A stretch of 64,000 nt of DNA from an uncultured Acidobacteriota bacterium (GTDB lineage Bacteria > Acidobacteriota > Thermoanaerobaculia > UBA5066). Shown piece after piece: positions 24,300 to 37,994 of this stretch. Position 1 is the stretch's first letter. The number at the start of each line of letters is the position of its first letter. The stretch covers positions 1,617-65,616 of the forward strand of contig CAVZYA010000003.1 in assembly GCA_963779415.1 (NCBI GenBank), written 5' to 3'. The notes below the pieces were generated by a model. The model was not told the origin of the DNA and did not search any database. It was given only the letters and a program-made list of their open reading frames with translations. The position numbers were made by a program, and so were the translations under genes.

Positions 24300-25645
24300 T
24301 CACTTCGTCGGGGCCGGCGGCGCCGTCGGCGCGGGCGTCGCGACGGGCGCCGGTGATGGCGCGGGAGCTGCCGGGGTCGCCGCGGCCGGCTTCGGGCGCT
24401 TCCGGTAGCGCTCCCAGAGCCGCTTCTGTCGGTCGGAGAGGTCGAGGGACTCCCCTTTCTGGTAGAGGGCCACGAGGTTCGACGTGATCTGGAGCGGATC
24501 GCCGGTCCAGACGGCGAGCGACGCGTCCTTCCCGACGGCGATCGAGCCGATCCGGTCGTCCACGCCGTAGATCTTCGCGGGATTGAGCGTGATGGCGCGG
24601 AGCGCCTCGAGCGGATCGAGGCCGAAAGCCGCGGCCATCGCCGCGTTGTTCGGCAGGTCGCGCGCCTTTTCCGAGCCGCGTGAGTCGTCCGTGATCGCCA
24701 CGACGACTCCGGCGTCCGCGAGCTTCCCCGCCAGGGTGTAGGGCGCGTCGTACGGCTCGTCCGTCCGGAGCGGGAGCCGGAGCGTCCCGTCCACGATGAC
24801 GGGGATCTTCCGCTCCGCGAGCCTGGCCGCGATCGACGCGGCGTCGTTCCCGCCGAGGAGGACGACGCGGACCGGGTTTCCCTTCAGATCCTCGTCGACG
24901 AAGCGGAGCGCCGACTCGATCTGCGGCTTGCGGTCGGCGCGGATCAGGATCGGGATCTTTCCCTCGAGCGCGGGAACGAGCGCCGCCATCGGTGCGATCT
25001 CGTCGTGCGCGGGGATTCCGGGCTGCCCCGCCGCCTCCTTCGCCTTCTTCCAGGCCTCGGCTTCCCGGAACGCCTCGCGGATGGTCCGTAGCGCCCGGTC
25101 CCGCCGACGTCTCCTGCCCGCGAACGGACATTCGCGCGCCGGGGGTCCGGTCGATCATCATCTCGGGCCACTCGACGACGAGCGCCGCCGGGCACTTCAC
25201 GCAGGCGTCCTCGCGCGTCCACCCCATGAGGCTGACGACCGAAGCCGCGCCCGGCAGGACGGAGCCCCGGGGGACGAGGGCGGCGAAGAGGACGCCGTTG
25301 GACCGGGAGACCGCCATCGCCGCGGAGTCGAAGTTCGCGGCCACCTCGGGACGGACCTCCGGGTTGATCTCCCCGATCTCCGTCACGTCGACGGTCGCCC
25401 GGACCGCCGCGAATCTCCACGAGACCGATGTTCGACGCCGGGGTGAAGAAGGCGGGGGCGACGTGCTTGCCCGGGAGCTCGACGACCTTCGCCCCCGGGG
25501 GAACCGGCGTCCCGGGGCCGCCGACCGCCGTGATCTTCCCGTTCTCGATGACGACGACCCCGCTTCGGAGGGGCGGCCCTTCGGCCGTGTGAACGGTGGC
25601 GCCTTTGAGGACGAGGACGGCCGCGAGGAGGAACGAGCCGCTCAC
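24300..25645 (-). pseudogene. Amidohydrolase-family protein interrupted by 2 single-nucleotide frameshifts (about 25410 and about 25101); real decay or sequence error
   Basis: Homologous protein text jumps frames. MSGSFLLAAVLVLKGATVHTAEGP...NIGLVEI is followed by AAVRATVDVTEIGEINPEV...EMMIDRTPGARMSVRGQETSA, then by DRALRTIREAFREAEAWKKAK...PMAALVPALEGKIPILIRAD... Confidence 0.7.
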
Positions 25646-28600
25646 CGGTTCACCTCCGCCTCGCGCGCGTCATCGAGCCGGTCGCAGGTGTCGCGCTCCT
25701 CCGGCGGGCGCGGAGCCGGGGCGCTTCCGGCGGTCGGCCCTCCGCGGGCCGCGGCCGCGCGCGCCTTCGAGACGAGATCGCTCTTCTCGGCGGCCTCCAT
25801 CGCCCGCGCCTGCAGGTCGGCCTTCCGGTCGAAGTACTTCTTCCCCTCGATCCAGGTCTCGAGACAGACGGTCCTCGAGTCGAGCGGATCGCCCGACCAG
25901 AGGACGAAGTCGGCGTCCTTCCCCGTCTCGAGCGACCCGATCCGCTTCTCGACGCCGAGCTGCCTCGCGGCGTTCTCGGTCACGAACTTCAGCGCTTCCT
26001 CGCGCGGCACGCCGCCGTACTTGACCGCCTTGGCCGCCTCGAGGTTCATTCGCCGCGCCAGCTCGTCCGAGTCGGAGTTGAGCGTGACGAGGACTCCCCG
26101 CTCGCGCATGAGCAGCCGGGCTGTACGGGATCGCGTCGTAGACCTCGAACTTGTAGGCCCACCAGTCGCGAAAAGGACGAGGCGCCCGCGCCGTGAGCGG
26201 CGATCTCGTCGGCGACCTTGTATCCCTCGAGGACGTGCTGGAGAGTCGCGACCTGCACCCCGAACTCCTCGCAGAGCCGGATCAGGTCGAGGATCTCCTG
26301 CTTGACGTACGAGTGGGCGTGGATCGTCCGCTTCCCCTCGAGGATCTCCGCGATCGCCTCGAGCTGGAAGTCGGTCCGGACGGCGATCACCGTTTCGCCG
26401 CGCTTCTTCGCCGCCTCGGCCTCCTTCTGCTTCCGCCGGTAGTCGCGCGCGGCGAGGAAGCGCTCGCGGATCAGCGCCGAGACCCCCATCCGCGTCTGCG
26501 GGTAGCGCGGGCGCGGGGCTCTGCCAGTTGGACTGCTTCGGGTTCTCGCCGAGGGCGAACTTGATCCCGGGAGGGGCGCCGGCGAGGAGCAGGCCCTCGG
26601 GGCCCGTCCCCGAAGCGGAGCTTGGTGACGGCGTTCTGGCCGCCGATGGCGTTCGCGCTCCCGTGGAGGACGTTCGCGGCGGTCAGGCCGCCCGCCAGCT
26701 CGCGGTAGATCGCGACGTCGAACGGGATCGACGACGTCCGCGATCCGGACTTCGGCCGAGACGTTGTGCGCTGCCTCGTTGATCCCTGCCGTCGATCGCC
26801 GTGTGGCTGTGAGCGTCGATGAGGCCCGGCGTCACGACCTTGCCGGTGCCGTCGATCTCGATCCCCGACGCGGCGAGCGCTGCCGGGACGCGCGGCGTCC
26901 GGCCCGACGGCGGCCACCTTTCCGTCGATGACGAGGAGGTTCGCCTTTCTCGATGATCCCGGACGGGCCCGAGGTCCAGAGGGTGGCGCCCCGGACGAGG
27001 ACCGCTCTCGGCGCGAGGAGGGGCGAGGCGAAGCGGGTCGGGAGCGGCCGGACGTCGGAGTCCGGGGTGTCCTCGCCGCCGGGACCGCGACGCTCCCGCT
27101 CGCCGAGGCGGGCGCTCCTCGCTTCTCCCTGCCGCAGCTCCAGGCTCGCGACGTCTCCCTCGACGAGGACCGACGCCTGCGCGGGGCCCGGAGAGAGCCC
27201 GACGGCGATCCCTTCGGTCTCGAAGTCGACGCGGCTCCCGTGCCGGACGACCCCGGTCGCCGGGACCGCTTTTCCCCCTTCCGGGGTGACGGAGGCCTCG
27301 AGCACGCCGCTCTTCGTATCGGACCGAAGCTCGAGCTTCCGCCCGTCGAACCGGTAGGTACCGGCGAGCGCCCCCCGCTTCGGCCTCGCGTCGTACGGCC
27401 GGCCGTCGACCCACGTGGTAACGACACGGCTCTTCTCCGCGAAGAGCGCCCCGTCGACGACGACGAGGTTGGCCGCCTTCCCGGGCGCGATCTCGCCCGC
27501 CCGGTCCGCGATCCCCAGCATCTTCGCCGGGAACCGTCGTGAGCGCCGCGAGGACGTCGTCTTCGGAGAGACCCCGCGCGCGCGCCTTCCGGATCCGGTC
27601 GGCGAGGTCCGCGGGGTCGGAGAGGCCGTGCGTCGTCAGCGCGAACGTGACCCCCGCGTCACGAAGCCAGCGCGCGCTCGACGGCGCACGGTCCCAGCGC
27701 CGGAGGCGCGTCAGGGAGACGTCCACCCAGTCGTCGTCGTCGTCCACGCCCGGGGTCGCGGGGTAATCGAGCGGCAGGATGATCTCCGGCGCGAGAGCCT
27801 TCACCTCGTCCATCAGGAGCCAGGCGTCTCCCCCTCCCACGTACCTCGGCTTCAGGCCGAACTCGGCGGCGATCTTCCCGGCGCGAAGCAGCGCGAGGAC
27901 GTCTGCGACCTCGAAGGTGACCGGTTCGTTCCCGGCCACCACGTCGCCGAGAGCGGCCCACGCCTCGATCCGGTCCGGCCTGCCGAGAGAGGGCTTCGCC
28001 TTCGCCGCCGCCTCGGCGTCGCGCAGCCAGCGCGCGTCCGAGAGCGTCTGCCTCACGACGGCCGCGACCCCCATCTTCGAGGAGGGGTACTCACCCGTTC
28101 CGCGGCGCCCCGGCGCGTCGAAGGAGACGATCTCGCCCGTCTTCGGGACGACGAGGTTACGCGAGACGGGCCTCTCCCCGAGGGCGAGGACGGCGCCGTG
28201 CCCGCGGAAGATCCCGGAATCCGGCACCGCCTGAACGAGCGTGAAGCCCGCCTCGCGGAACTCCGCAAGAGCCTCGGCATTCACCTTGACCTCCGCGGAC
28301 GCCCGACGCTCCGCGCCGACGCGGGCGATCGGGTGGACGTTCCCGGCCGTCTCCGGAACGGGCGTCGCGGTGGGGGCCATCCGGCCGCCGCCGACAGGCG
28401 CCGCGTCGTCGTCCGGCGGCGGCTCCTTCTTTTTTCCGGCGAGCCGGCCCAATGTCACGTACGGATCGATCAGGCCCGGATAGATCGTCCTTCCGGAAAG
28501 GTCGAGGACGACGGCATCCGCCGGGACGGTGACGGCTCCCGCGGCGCCGACGGCCGCGACGACGCCGTCGCGGACGACGATCGTCCCCTTCTCGATCGCC

Positions 28601-28740
28601 TTTCCCGGGGCCGGGACGACCTTCGCGTTCACGAGCGCGAAGACGCCCGGAGGCTCGGCGGCAAGGGCCGCGGCGGGAGCGAGGGCCATGGCGAAGGCGA
28701 TGGCGGCGCCCCGCGCCGCCAGACGAATCGTTCTCGTCAC
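25642..28740 (-). pseudogene. Large secreted amidohydrolase-family protein interrupted by about 9 frameshifts, all between 26120 and 27530
   Basis: GTG at 28740 and a signal peptide (AFAMALAPAAALAAEP). The metal motif is [14 protein letters not shown]. Continuous homologous text can be read only by switching frames near 27528, 26945, 26893, 26787, 26724, 26609, 26510, 26168 and 26120 (hand estimates, about +/-10). Confidence 0.7.
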
Positions 28741-28744
28741 GAAG

Positions 28745-30841
28745 TCACCTCCAGGGTTCGACCGTCTCGATGACGACCCCTTCGCTGAGGAACTCGACGA
28801 TCTCGCCGATTCCCTTCCCGAGGAGCGCCTTCCCGGCATCGGAGAGATAGGAGTAGACCCCCTCCTCCGGCCGGGAGTCCCACGGGCCGAGCAGGACGAT
28901 CGACTTCTTCCCCGACGCGGACGAGAGAGTCACCCGGGCGCCCGGGCGGACCTCCGTACCGTCGATCGAGGCGGGGTCGATGGGCCGGGCCCGGGAAAGC
29001 TCCTCTTGCAGCTTCCCCGCACGCGCGGAGAGGAGCTGCTGGCGCTCCCGGCGCGCCTTGTACTCGAAGTTCTCCGTGAGATCCCCTTCCGCCGCGGCGA
29101 GCGCGATCCCCTTCGTGTTCTCGGGGATCTCGACCTTCAGGATCCGCTCCAGCTCGCGGCGCTTGGCTTCGATCGCTTCCGGCGTGACGAAAAAGGTGTC
29201 GTCGGCGGACTTCCGGAGCTCCGGGAAGCGCATCTCCGCCGCCGCGACGAGTCCGTCCCGCTGGAGCTTCGGAAGCTCGTTGTGCCGCCCGAGCGCGTCG
29301 AGAAAGGCGCGGGCGTCCTCGGCCGTCGCCTGATGGACCAGCCATGCGGCCGCGAGGCCCCTCCGGTCGAACATCTCGCGCACCTTCGAGCGGATCGCCC
29401 CGAGCTCGTCCCACGAGACGGCGTCGAGGAGTCGCCCCATCACCTGAGCCGTGAGGCGCGCGCGGAACGTTTCGTCCTGCGACGCCTTCTGGGCGAACCA
29501 GACGAAGGCGCGCGGCCCGACCCGCGGGGAAGAGAGGAGCTTCGCGAGCGTCTTCTCGCGCATCTCGGGAGCGCGGGCGGCGAGGGCCCGGTCCATCCAC
29601 TCGATCGTCCGCCCATCCTCCTCCTTGAAGAACCAGTCGTAAAGGATCCCCGGAGCCGCGTCCGGCCGCTGCTCCACGACCAGCTCGAGCGCCCGCTCGC
29701 GCATCGTCCGGTCCGCGAGCTGCGGCAGGAGCGCGAGCGGCCGCGCGAGAACGTGGCGCTCGACCGCGACCGCGAGCTCCAGCCCCGGCACCTTCTCGAC
29801 GAGGCTCGCGATCTCGAAGGCGCGCGCCGGGTTCTCCTCCTCGAGCTTCTTCGCTTCGGCCGCCAGCGCCTTCGCCATCGTCGCCGCCAGCTCCGGCGAC
29901 CGCTTGTGATTCTTCCGGAATTGGTCCATCCGGTCGGAGAGGGCCGACTTCTCGAACTTCGAGAGAAGGTTGGCGTCCGCCGCGCCCGCGGAGGCGGTGA
30001 ACTCCACGGCGGCGTTCTTCCCGGAGCCGTGGACGACGATCCGCGGATCCTTTCTCGCCGACGTCCACCATGACGACCAGGAGTCCTCGGGGACGAGCCC
30101 CCGGATCGCCTCCTTCAGCTCGGAAAGCGTCACCGACTTGCCGAGGGACTCCAGGAGGCGCTGGACGGTCCCCGCCGGATCCGCCGCCACCTCGGCGGCG
30201 AGACGCTCGGGGTCCGAGAGCTTCTCCCGGAGGAAGTGACCTTCGGGGAGCGGCTGGAGGCTCTTCGCCGCGACGCCGATCGGGACGGAGACTCCCTTGG
30301 CGTTCTCGAAGTCGAGGCGGACGGCGTCGAGGGCGAAATTCGTCTCGACGACCTTCCCCGCCCCGCGCCCCGGCATGGAGAAACACCGCCCCACCTCGAA
30401 CGGGATCCATTTCTCGACCTTCTCGAGACGCGCGAGTCCTTCCGTCGGCTCCTTCGCCTCGCGGAACCGGAATCGCCCGAGAAGCGAGTTGAGCCCGGAG
30501 GCCTCGGGGTAGGCCGAGACGAGCGCATCCTCGAAGAGCTTGTGGAAGCCGTCGGGAGTGGAGGGGGTGGCCGCGGCGCGGACCGCCTCCTTGAGGAGCG
30601 TCCAGCGGAGGGACCCGACACCCGGCTCCAGCGCCCGGTCCTTCAGTTTCCTTTCGGCCGCCTCGGCCATCGCCTGAAGCCGCGCCTTCTGGGAGTGCGG
30701 TGCGCGGGCGAGGCCGCGCACGGCGGCGAGGAGGAACTCCGCGTGGGTCAACGGGTCGTCGAGCCCCTCAAGGAAGGCGGACTCGACGAGGTCGTATCGC
30801 TTCTCCGAGAAGAGAGCGCCGAGCGAGCTGGCGGTCAGCAA
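28745..30841 (-). CDS. GreA/GreB-domain protein with an N-terminal helical extension of about 540 aa
   Basis: The C-terminus ...AAAEGDLTENFEYKARRERQQLLSARAGKLQEELSRARPID...VRPGARVTL...GPWDSRPEEGVYSYLSDAGKALLGKGIGEIVEF matches the Gre factor C-terminal domain. Confidence 0.8.
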   Translation of the reverse strand: MLTASSLGALFSEKRYDLVESAFLEGLDDPLTHAEFLLAAVRGLARAPHSQKARLQAMAEAAERKLKDRALEPGVGSLRWTLLKEAVRAAATPSTPDGFHKLFEDALVSAYPEASGLNSLLGRFRFREAKEPTEGLARLEKVEKWIPFEVGRCFSMPGRGAGKVVETNFALDAVRLDFENAKGVSVPIGVAAKSLQPLPEGHFLREKLSDPERLAAEVAADPAGTVQRLLESLGKSVTLSELKEAIRGLVPEDSWSSWWTSARKDPRIVVHGSGKNAAVEFTASAGAADANLLSKFEKSALSDRMDQFRKNHKRSPELAATMAKALAAEAKKLEEENPARAFEIASLVEKVPGLELAVAVERHVLARPLALLPQLADRTMRERALELVVEQRPDAAPGILYDWFFKEEDGRTIEWMDRALAARAPEMREKTLAKLLSSPRVGPRAFVWFAQKASQDETFRARLTAQVMGRLLDAVSWDELGAIRSKVREMFDRRGLAAAWLVHQATAEDARAFLDALGRHNELPKLQRDGLVAAAEMRFPELRKSADDTFFVTPEAIEAKRRELERILKVEIPENTKGIALAAAEGDLTENFEYKARRERQQLLSARAGKLQEELSRARPIDPASIDGTEVRPGARVTLSSASGKKSIVLLGPWDSRPEEGVYSYLSDAGKALLGKGIGEIVEFLSEGVVIETVEPWR

Positions 30842-30848
30842 TGCCGCG

Positions 30849-31433
30849 TCAGTTCCCGAGAAGACCTTTCTTCAGGTCCTCGGAAGGCGGCTTCGGCCCG
30901 AGCCAGAGCGAGAAGACGGCGTCGGCGAACTCCTTCCCCTCGGCCGAGAAGAGCTCCTTTCCGCCACAATCCAGCGTCGTCCCCTTCCCGGGGAGATACG
31001 TGAACGACATCGTCTCGCCGTCCTTGAGGTCGGGAACGGCCGCAATCATCCTGTCGATCGCCGCCTTCTGCGCGGTCGCCAGCGCCGGCGCGTTGTTCTG
31101 GAACCCTTCCTTGAACGCTTCCGTGATCTTGTCCTTGTCGACGTTCCGGGTGTACTGCATCCGGATCGCCCGCGGGGCGTCGGCCGCGAGGATCGCGGCG
31201 GCGTCCTTCGACGGAGCCTCGAGATAGAAGCCCGCCACGTAGACCTTGAAGATCGCCTTTTTCCGGACGCCCATTCCGTTCAGCTTCAGGGTCTTTCCCC
31301 CGACCGTGACGCTGTCGGGCATCGAGACGCCCGAAAGGTCGCGGGCGGAGACCGGAAGGGCGATGGCGGCGGCGAACAGAGCGGCGCTCGATGCGCGCGC
31401 AAATCCTCTGGCGTTCATTCGGTTCCTCCTCAC
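30849..31433 (-). CDS. Chalcone isomerase-like family protein (secreted)
   Basis: Signal peptide, then GKTLKLNGMGVRKKAIFKVYVAGFYLEAPSKD...FADAVFSLWLG, typical of the bacterial chalcone-isomerase-like family. Confidence 0.8.
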   Translation of the reverse strand: MRRNRMNARGFARASSAALFAAAIALPVSARDLSGVSMPDSVTVGGKTLKLNGMGVRKKAIFKVYVAGFYLEAPSKDAAAILAADAPRAIRMQYTRNVDKDKITEAFKEGFQNNAPALATAQKAAIDRMIAAVPDLKDGETMSFTYLPGKGTTLDCGGKELFSAEGKEFADAVFSLWLGPKPPSEDLKKGLLGN

Positions 31434-31469
31434 GTCTTCGTGACCGGGGAGGATACCGCGACGGCGGGC

Positions 31470-34256
<2,787 letters not shown>

Positions 34257-36265
34257 GCATGGCGCGGAGGAGCGCCACGCGGCTGGCGCGCACCTTCTCG
34301 TCCTCGGTCAGGACCATGACCTCGGTGAAGAACCGGTCGAGGCTGGGGCCGAGCGACGCCATGATCGAGAGGGCCACGCGGTAGTTCCGCTCACCGAGCA
34401 GCTCGTCGATCATCTCCTTGGCCTGAAGGTAGTCGATGGCGAGAGCCCGCTCGGCGTCCTCGGTGATGAGGGCCGGGTCGAGCTCGCCCTCGCTCTCCCC
34501 CGCCTGCGCGAGGATGTTCTGGACGCGCTTGAACGCGACGGAGATGGGGACGAAGTCCTCGGCGGCACGTACCGCCTCCACGGCCTCCACCCGATCGGCC
34601 GCGTCCGCGATGTCGCGGCAGTCCGTCGTGAGGACGGCCGCGATGGTGTCGGGCCGGAATCCGCGCTTCTCGAGGACGAAGCGGAGCCTTTCGAGGAGGA
34701 AGTCCCGGAGCTCGGGAACGACCTCCTCGCGCGGGCGAGGAAGGGAGGGGTGAAGCCCGAGGGAGTCGGAGCAGGCGACCGGAAGGTCGAGATGCCACTT
34801 CTTGTCGAGGAGGATCCGGATGACGCCGAGCGCCGCGCGTCGGAGCGCGTAGGGGTCCTTCGAGCCCGTCGGGACGAGGCCGAGGCCGAAGAGCCCCGTC
34901 AGGGTGTCGAGGCGGTCGGCGAGAGAGAGGAGCCCGCCGACGTCGCCGCGCGGAACCTCGTCGTCCGCGCCGGCAGGCTTGTACTGGTCGTAGACCGCCT
35001 GCCAGACCTCCTCCGGCTCGCCGTCACGCCGCGCATAGAGGCCTCCGACGACGCCCTGCAGGTCGGGGAACTCGCGGACCATGTCGGTCACGAGGTCGGT
35101 CTTCGAGACGCGGGCGGCCCGGACGACGAGCCCCGCCGCTCCGGCAAGGCCGAGCCTTCCCGCGAGCCGTTCCGCCAGCTCCTGCAGACGCCCTGTCTTC
35201 CGGAGGTAGTCCCCCAGCTTCTCCTGGAAATTGAGCGAGCCGAGGCGCGGCAGCCGCTCCTCGAGGCGGAGCTTTCCGTCGTCCTCCCAGAAGAAGCGGG
35301 CATCGGCGAACCTCGCGTTCAGGACCCATTCGTTCCCGCGGACGACGTACCCCTTCGGATCGCCCGCCTGGTCGGCCACGGCGAGGAAATACGGCGCGAG
35401 AGCCCCGCCCGAGCGGATCGGGAGGACCTTCTGGTGCTCGCGCATCGAGGTGACGAGAATCTCTTCGGGAAGGGCGAGATAGGAGGGGTCGAACGAGCCG
35501 CGGACGAGAAGCGGCCACTCGACGAGATGCGCGAGCGTGTCGAGCAATGCCTCGTCCCGCGCCGGCTCGCCTTCGACCTCGGAGGCGAGGCGCACCGCCT
35601 GCTCGGAGAGAGCGCGGCGCCGCGCGGCCGCGTCCGGCTCGACGAACGCGGCACGGAGCTTCGTGAAGTAGTCGGCGACGCCGGCCACGATGATCCGGGC
35701 GGGGGCGAGCGTCCGATGTCCGTACGTCGTCCGGCCCGTCTCGACGCCGAAGAGGCTGAACGGGATGACGAGGCCGTCGAGGAGCGCGACGACCGAGTGG
35801 ATCGGCCGGATCCAGAGCGGTTTGCCGTCCCCCCATCGCATCATCCTCGGGAAGGTCATCTTCGCGACGATCGGCGGGAGAAGCTCGGCGATCACTTCGA
35901 CGGTCGGACGCCCCGGCACCGTCTTCGTCGCGGCGACATACGGACCCTTCGGGAGAGTCACGACCCGGAGATCGTCGACGGAGACCCCTTGCGACCGGGC
36001 GAAACCTTCGGCGGCGCGGGTCGGGGTGCCGTCGGCCGAATAGGCGGCGGCCGCCGACGGGCCGAAGACCTCGGACGAGACGTCGGGCTGCTGCTCCTCG
36101 ATCCCCTCGCCGACGAGGATCAGCCGTCGCGAGGTGGAGTGGATCTCCAGCGTGCCGCCGAGCCGAGCGTCGACGAGCGCCTCGCGGACCTTCCGCAGGA
36201 GCTCCTCGCGAGCGGACGGGAGGACGCCGGCCGGGATCTCCTCGGCGAGGATCTCGAGCAGAAGC

Positions 36266-37174
36266 TCAGCCACGGCTCTCCTCCTCCGGTGGCGGCGCCG
36301 GCGTCTTCAGCAGCGGGAAGCCGAGCTTTTCGCGGGAGACGACGTATTTCCCGGCGCACCGGCAAGCCAGCTCCCGGACGCGCTTGATGACGCCGACGCG
36401 GTCGGTGGCCGAGACGGCGCCGCGCGCGTCGAGGACGTTGAAGGCGTGCGAGCACTTCAGCGTGAACTCGAAGGCGGGAAGGACGAGGCCCGCGTCGAGG
36501 CAGCGCCCCGCTTCGGCCTCGAACCGGTCGAAGAGCATCTGGTGAAGGGACGTGTCCGCCTCCTCGAAGTTGTACTTCGAAGCTTCGAACTCGTCCTGGT
36601 GGCGGACCTCGCCGTAGAGGATCCCCGGCGCCCATTCGATCTCGAAGACGCTCTTCTTGTTCCCGAGGAACATCGCGAGCCGTTCGAGGCCGTACGTGAT
36701 CTCGGCGGTGACGGGGGCGAGGTCGATTCCCCCCGCCTGCTGGAAGTAGGTGAACTGCGTGATCTCCATCCCGTCGAGGAGAACCTGCCAGCCGACGCCC
36801 CACGCCCCGAGCGTCGGCGACTCCCAGTTGTCCTCCTCGAAGCGGAGGTCGTGCTCCGCCGGATCGATCCCGATCGCGGCGAGGCTCCGGACGAAGAGGT
36901 CCTGGATGTTCTCGGGAGACGGCTTGATGACGACCTGGTACTGGAAGTACTTCCCGAGCCGGAAGGGATTCGCGCCGTAGCGTCCGTCCGCCGGGCGGCG
37001 GGAGGGCTGGACGTAGCCGGAGGACCAGGGCTCGGGGCCGAGGACGCGGAGAAAGGTCGCCGGATGCATCGTCCCGGCCCCCATCTCGATGTCGTAGGGC
37101 TGCTCGATGAGACAGCCCTCCGAGGCCCAGTACTCGGAGAGCTTCTGGATGAGGGTCTGAAGGTCCATGCTCAA
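36266..37174 (-). CDS. glyQ: Glycine--tRNA ligase alpha subunit
   Basis: [46 protein letters not shown] is highly conserved GlyQ sequence. Confidence 0.95.
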   Translation of the reverse strand: MSMDLQTLIQKLSEYWASEGCLIEQPYDIEMGAGTMHPATFLRVLGPEPWSSGYVQPSRRPADGRYGANPFRLGKYFQYQVVIKPSPENIQDLFVRSLAAIGIDPAEHDLRFEEDNWESPTLGAWGVGWQVLLDGMEITQFTYFQQAGGIDLAPVTAEITYGLERLAMFLGNKKSVFEIEWAPGILYGEVRHQDEFEASKYNFEEADTSLHQMLFDRFEAEAGRCLDAGLVLPAFEFTLKCSHAFNVLDARGAVSATDRVGVIKRVRELACRCAGKYVVSREKLGFPLLKTPAPPPEEESRG

Positions 37175-37204
37175 TCCCTCGGTGCGTCCGCGAGGGTAGC
37201 ATGC

Positions 37205-37230
37205 GTGCCGGGGACGAGAGTCCCCGGCAC
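37205..37230 (-). terminator. 11-bp GC hairpin between the IPTL-CTERM gene and glyQ
   Basis: gtgccggggac-gaga-gtccccggcac. No U-tract follows. Confidence 0.4.
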
Positions 37231-37258
37231 ACTCACGGAATACGGCGCTTCTTCGGCG

Positions 37259-37918
37259 TCAGGCCGCGATCCGGCTCTTCAGGAGAAGGAGTCCCGCGCC
37301 GGCGACCCCGACGATCAGGACCGCAAGGCCGACCGGCCCGAGAGTCGGAACCGGAGCGGTCCGGGTGGCGTTCGAATAGAACTCTCCGACCGAGAAATCC
37401 GAGTCGGTCGTCTCAATCTTGATCGAGGCGATATTCTCTCCGCTGCTCGCAAAGAAACCGAAGCCCGTCGCTCCGGCGTCCCCGACGACGCTGATCGGAC
37501 CGGACGTGGCCCCCGTGTCCGTCGTGGCCGTGATCGTCATGGTGCCGAAGCTGTCCGGCTCGGCGTAGAACTCGAACGCGCCCGTTCCCGGAGGGAGCGA
37601 CAGGGTCCCCGTGTTGGCGTGGATCCAGAAAACCGGCCCCGTGTAGCCGTGGCTCCACGTCGCCCAGCTTGCAGGCACCGTCTGCTTCGTCGCGCCGGGA
37701 GAGACGTCGAGTGAGCCGAACGGCGCACCGGGAATCGTCGTGATGGCGGTGCCATCCACGATCGCCGCCTGGGCCGTCATGTCGTAAGACGTCATCGCGT
37801 AAGTGCCGAGCGAGCCGACCGGCGCTGTCGTGCCGAGATTCACGTAAGTAACGGTAGCCATGGCAGATACAGGAGCGATCAATGCGACCAAGGCCACCAG
37901 GAGTGCGGCTTTCCTCAT
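37259..37918 (-). CDS. Secreted protein with an IPTL-CTERM-type C-terminal sorting signal
   Basis: Signal peptide MRKAALLVALVALIAPVSAMA. The C-terminus is VPTLGPVGLAVLIVGVAGAGLLLLKSRIAA: an (I/V)PTL motif, a TM segment and a basic tail. A strong SD (aaggag) lies upstream. Confidence 0.75.
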   Translation of the reverse strand: MRKAALLVALVALIAPVSAMATVTYVNLGTTAPVGSLGTYAMTSYDMTAQAAIVDGTAITTIPGAPFGSLDVSPGATKQTVPASWATWSHGYTGPVFWIHANTGTLSLPPGTGAFEFYAEPDSFGTMTITATTDTGATSGPISVVGDAGATGFGFFASSGENIASIKIETTDSDFSVGEFYSNATRTAPVPTLGPVGLAVLIVGVAGAGLLLLKSRIAA

Positions 37919-37965
37919 TCCTCTTCTCCTTATTACGGTTATGGGACTTGCGCTGCGATACGAAA

Positions 37966-37994
37966 ATCCTATCTATGTCAAAAAGACATGTCAA
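37966..37994 (-). promoter_or_regulatory. Candidate sigma-70-type promoter for 37259..37918 in an AT-rich gap
   Basis: The minus strand reads TTGACA-17 nt-TAGGAT. A second TTGACA lies inside the spacer as a direct repeat (TTGACATGTC / TTGACATAGA). Confidence 0.4.

Noticed and set aside
24280-27521. Track ORFs 24280..25386, 24944..25645, 26046..26489, 26471..27427 and 26832..27521 as independent genes
   Set aside because: Each contains only a stretch of amidohydrolase-like sequence flanked by junk. Together they tile two single amidohydrolase genes once the frameshifts are allowed.
26100-27540. Programmed ribosomal frameshifting as the explanation for the amidohydrolase frame changes
   Set aside because: There are too many shifts (about 9), in both directions, and no slippery heptamers or stimulatory structures at the junctions.
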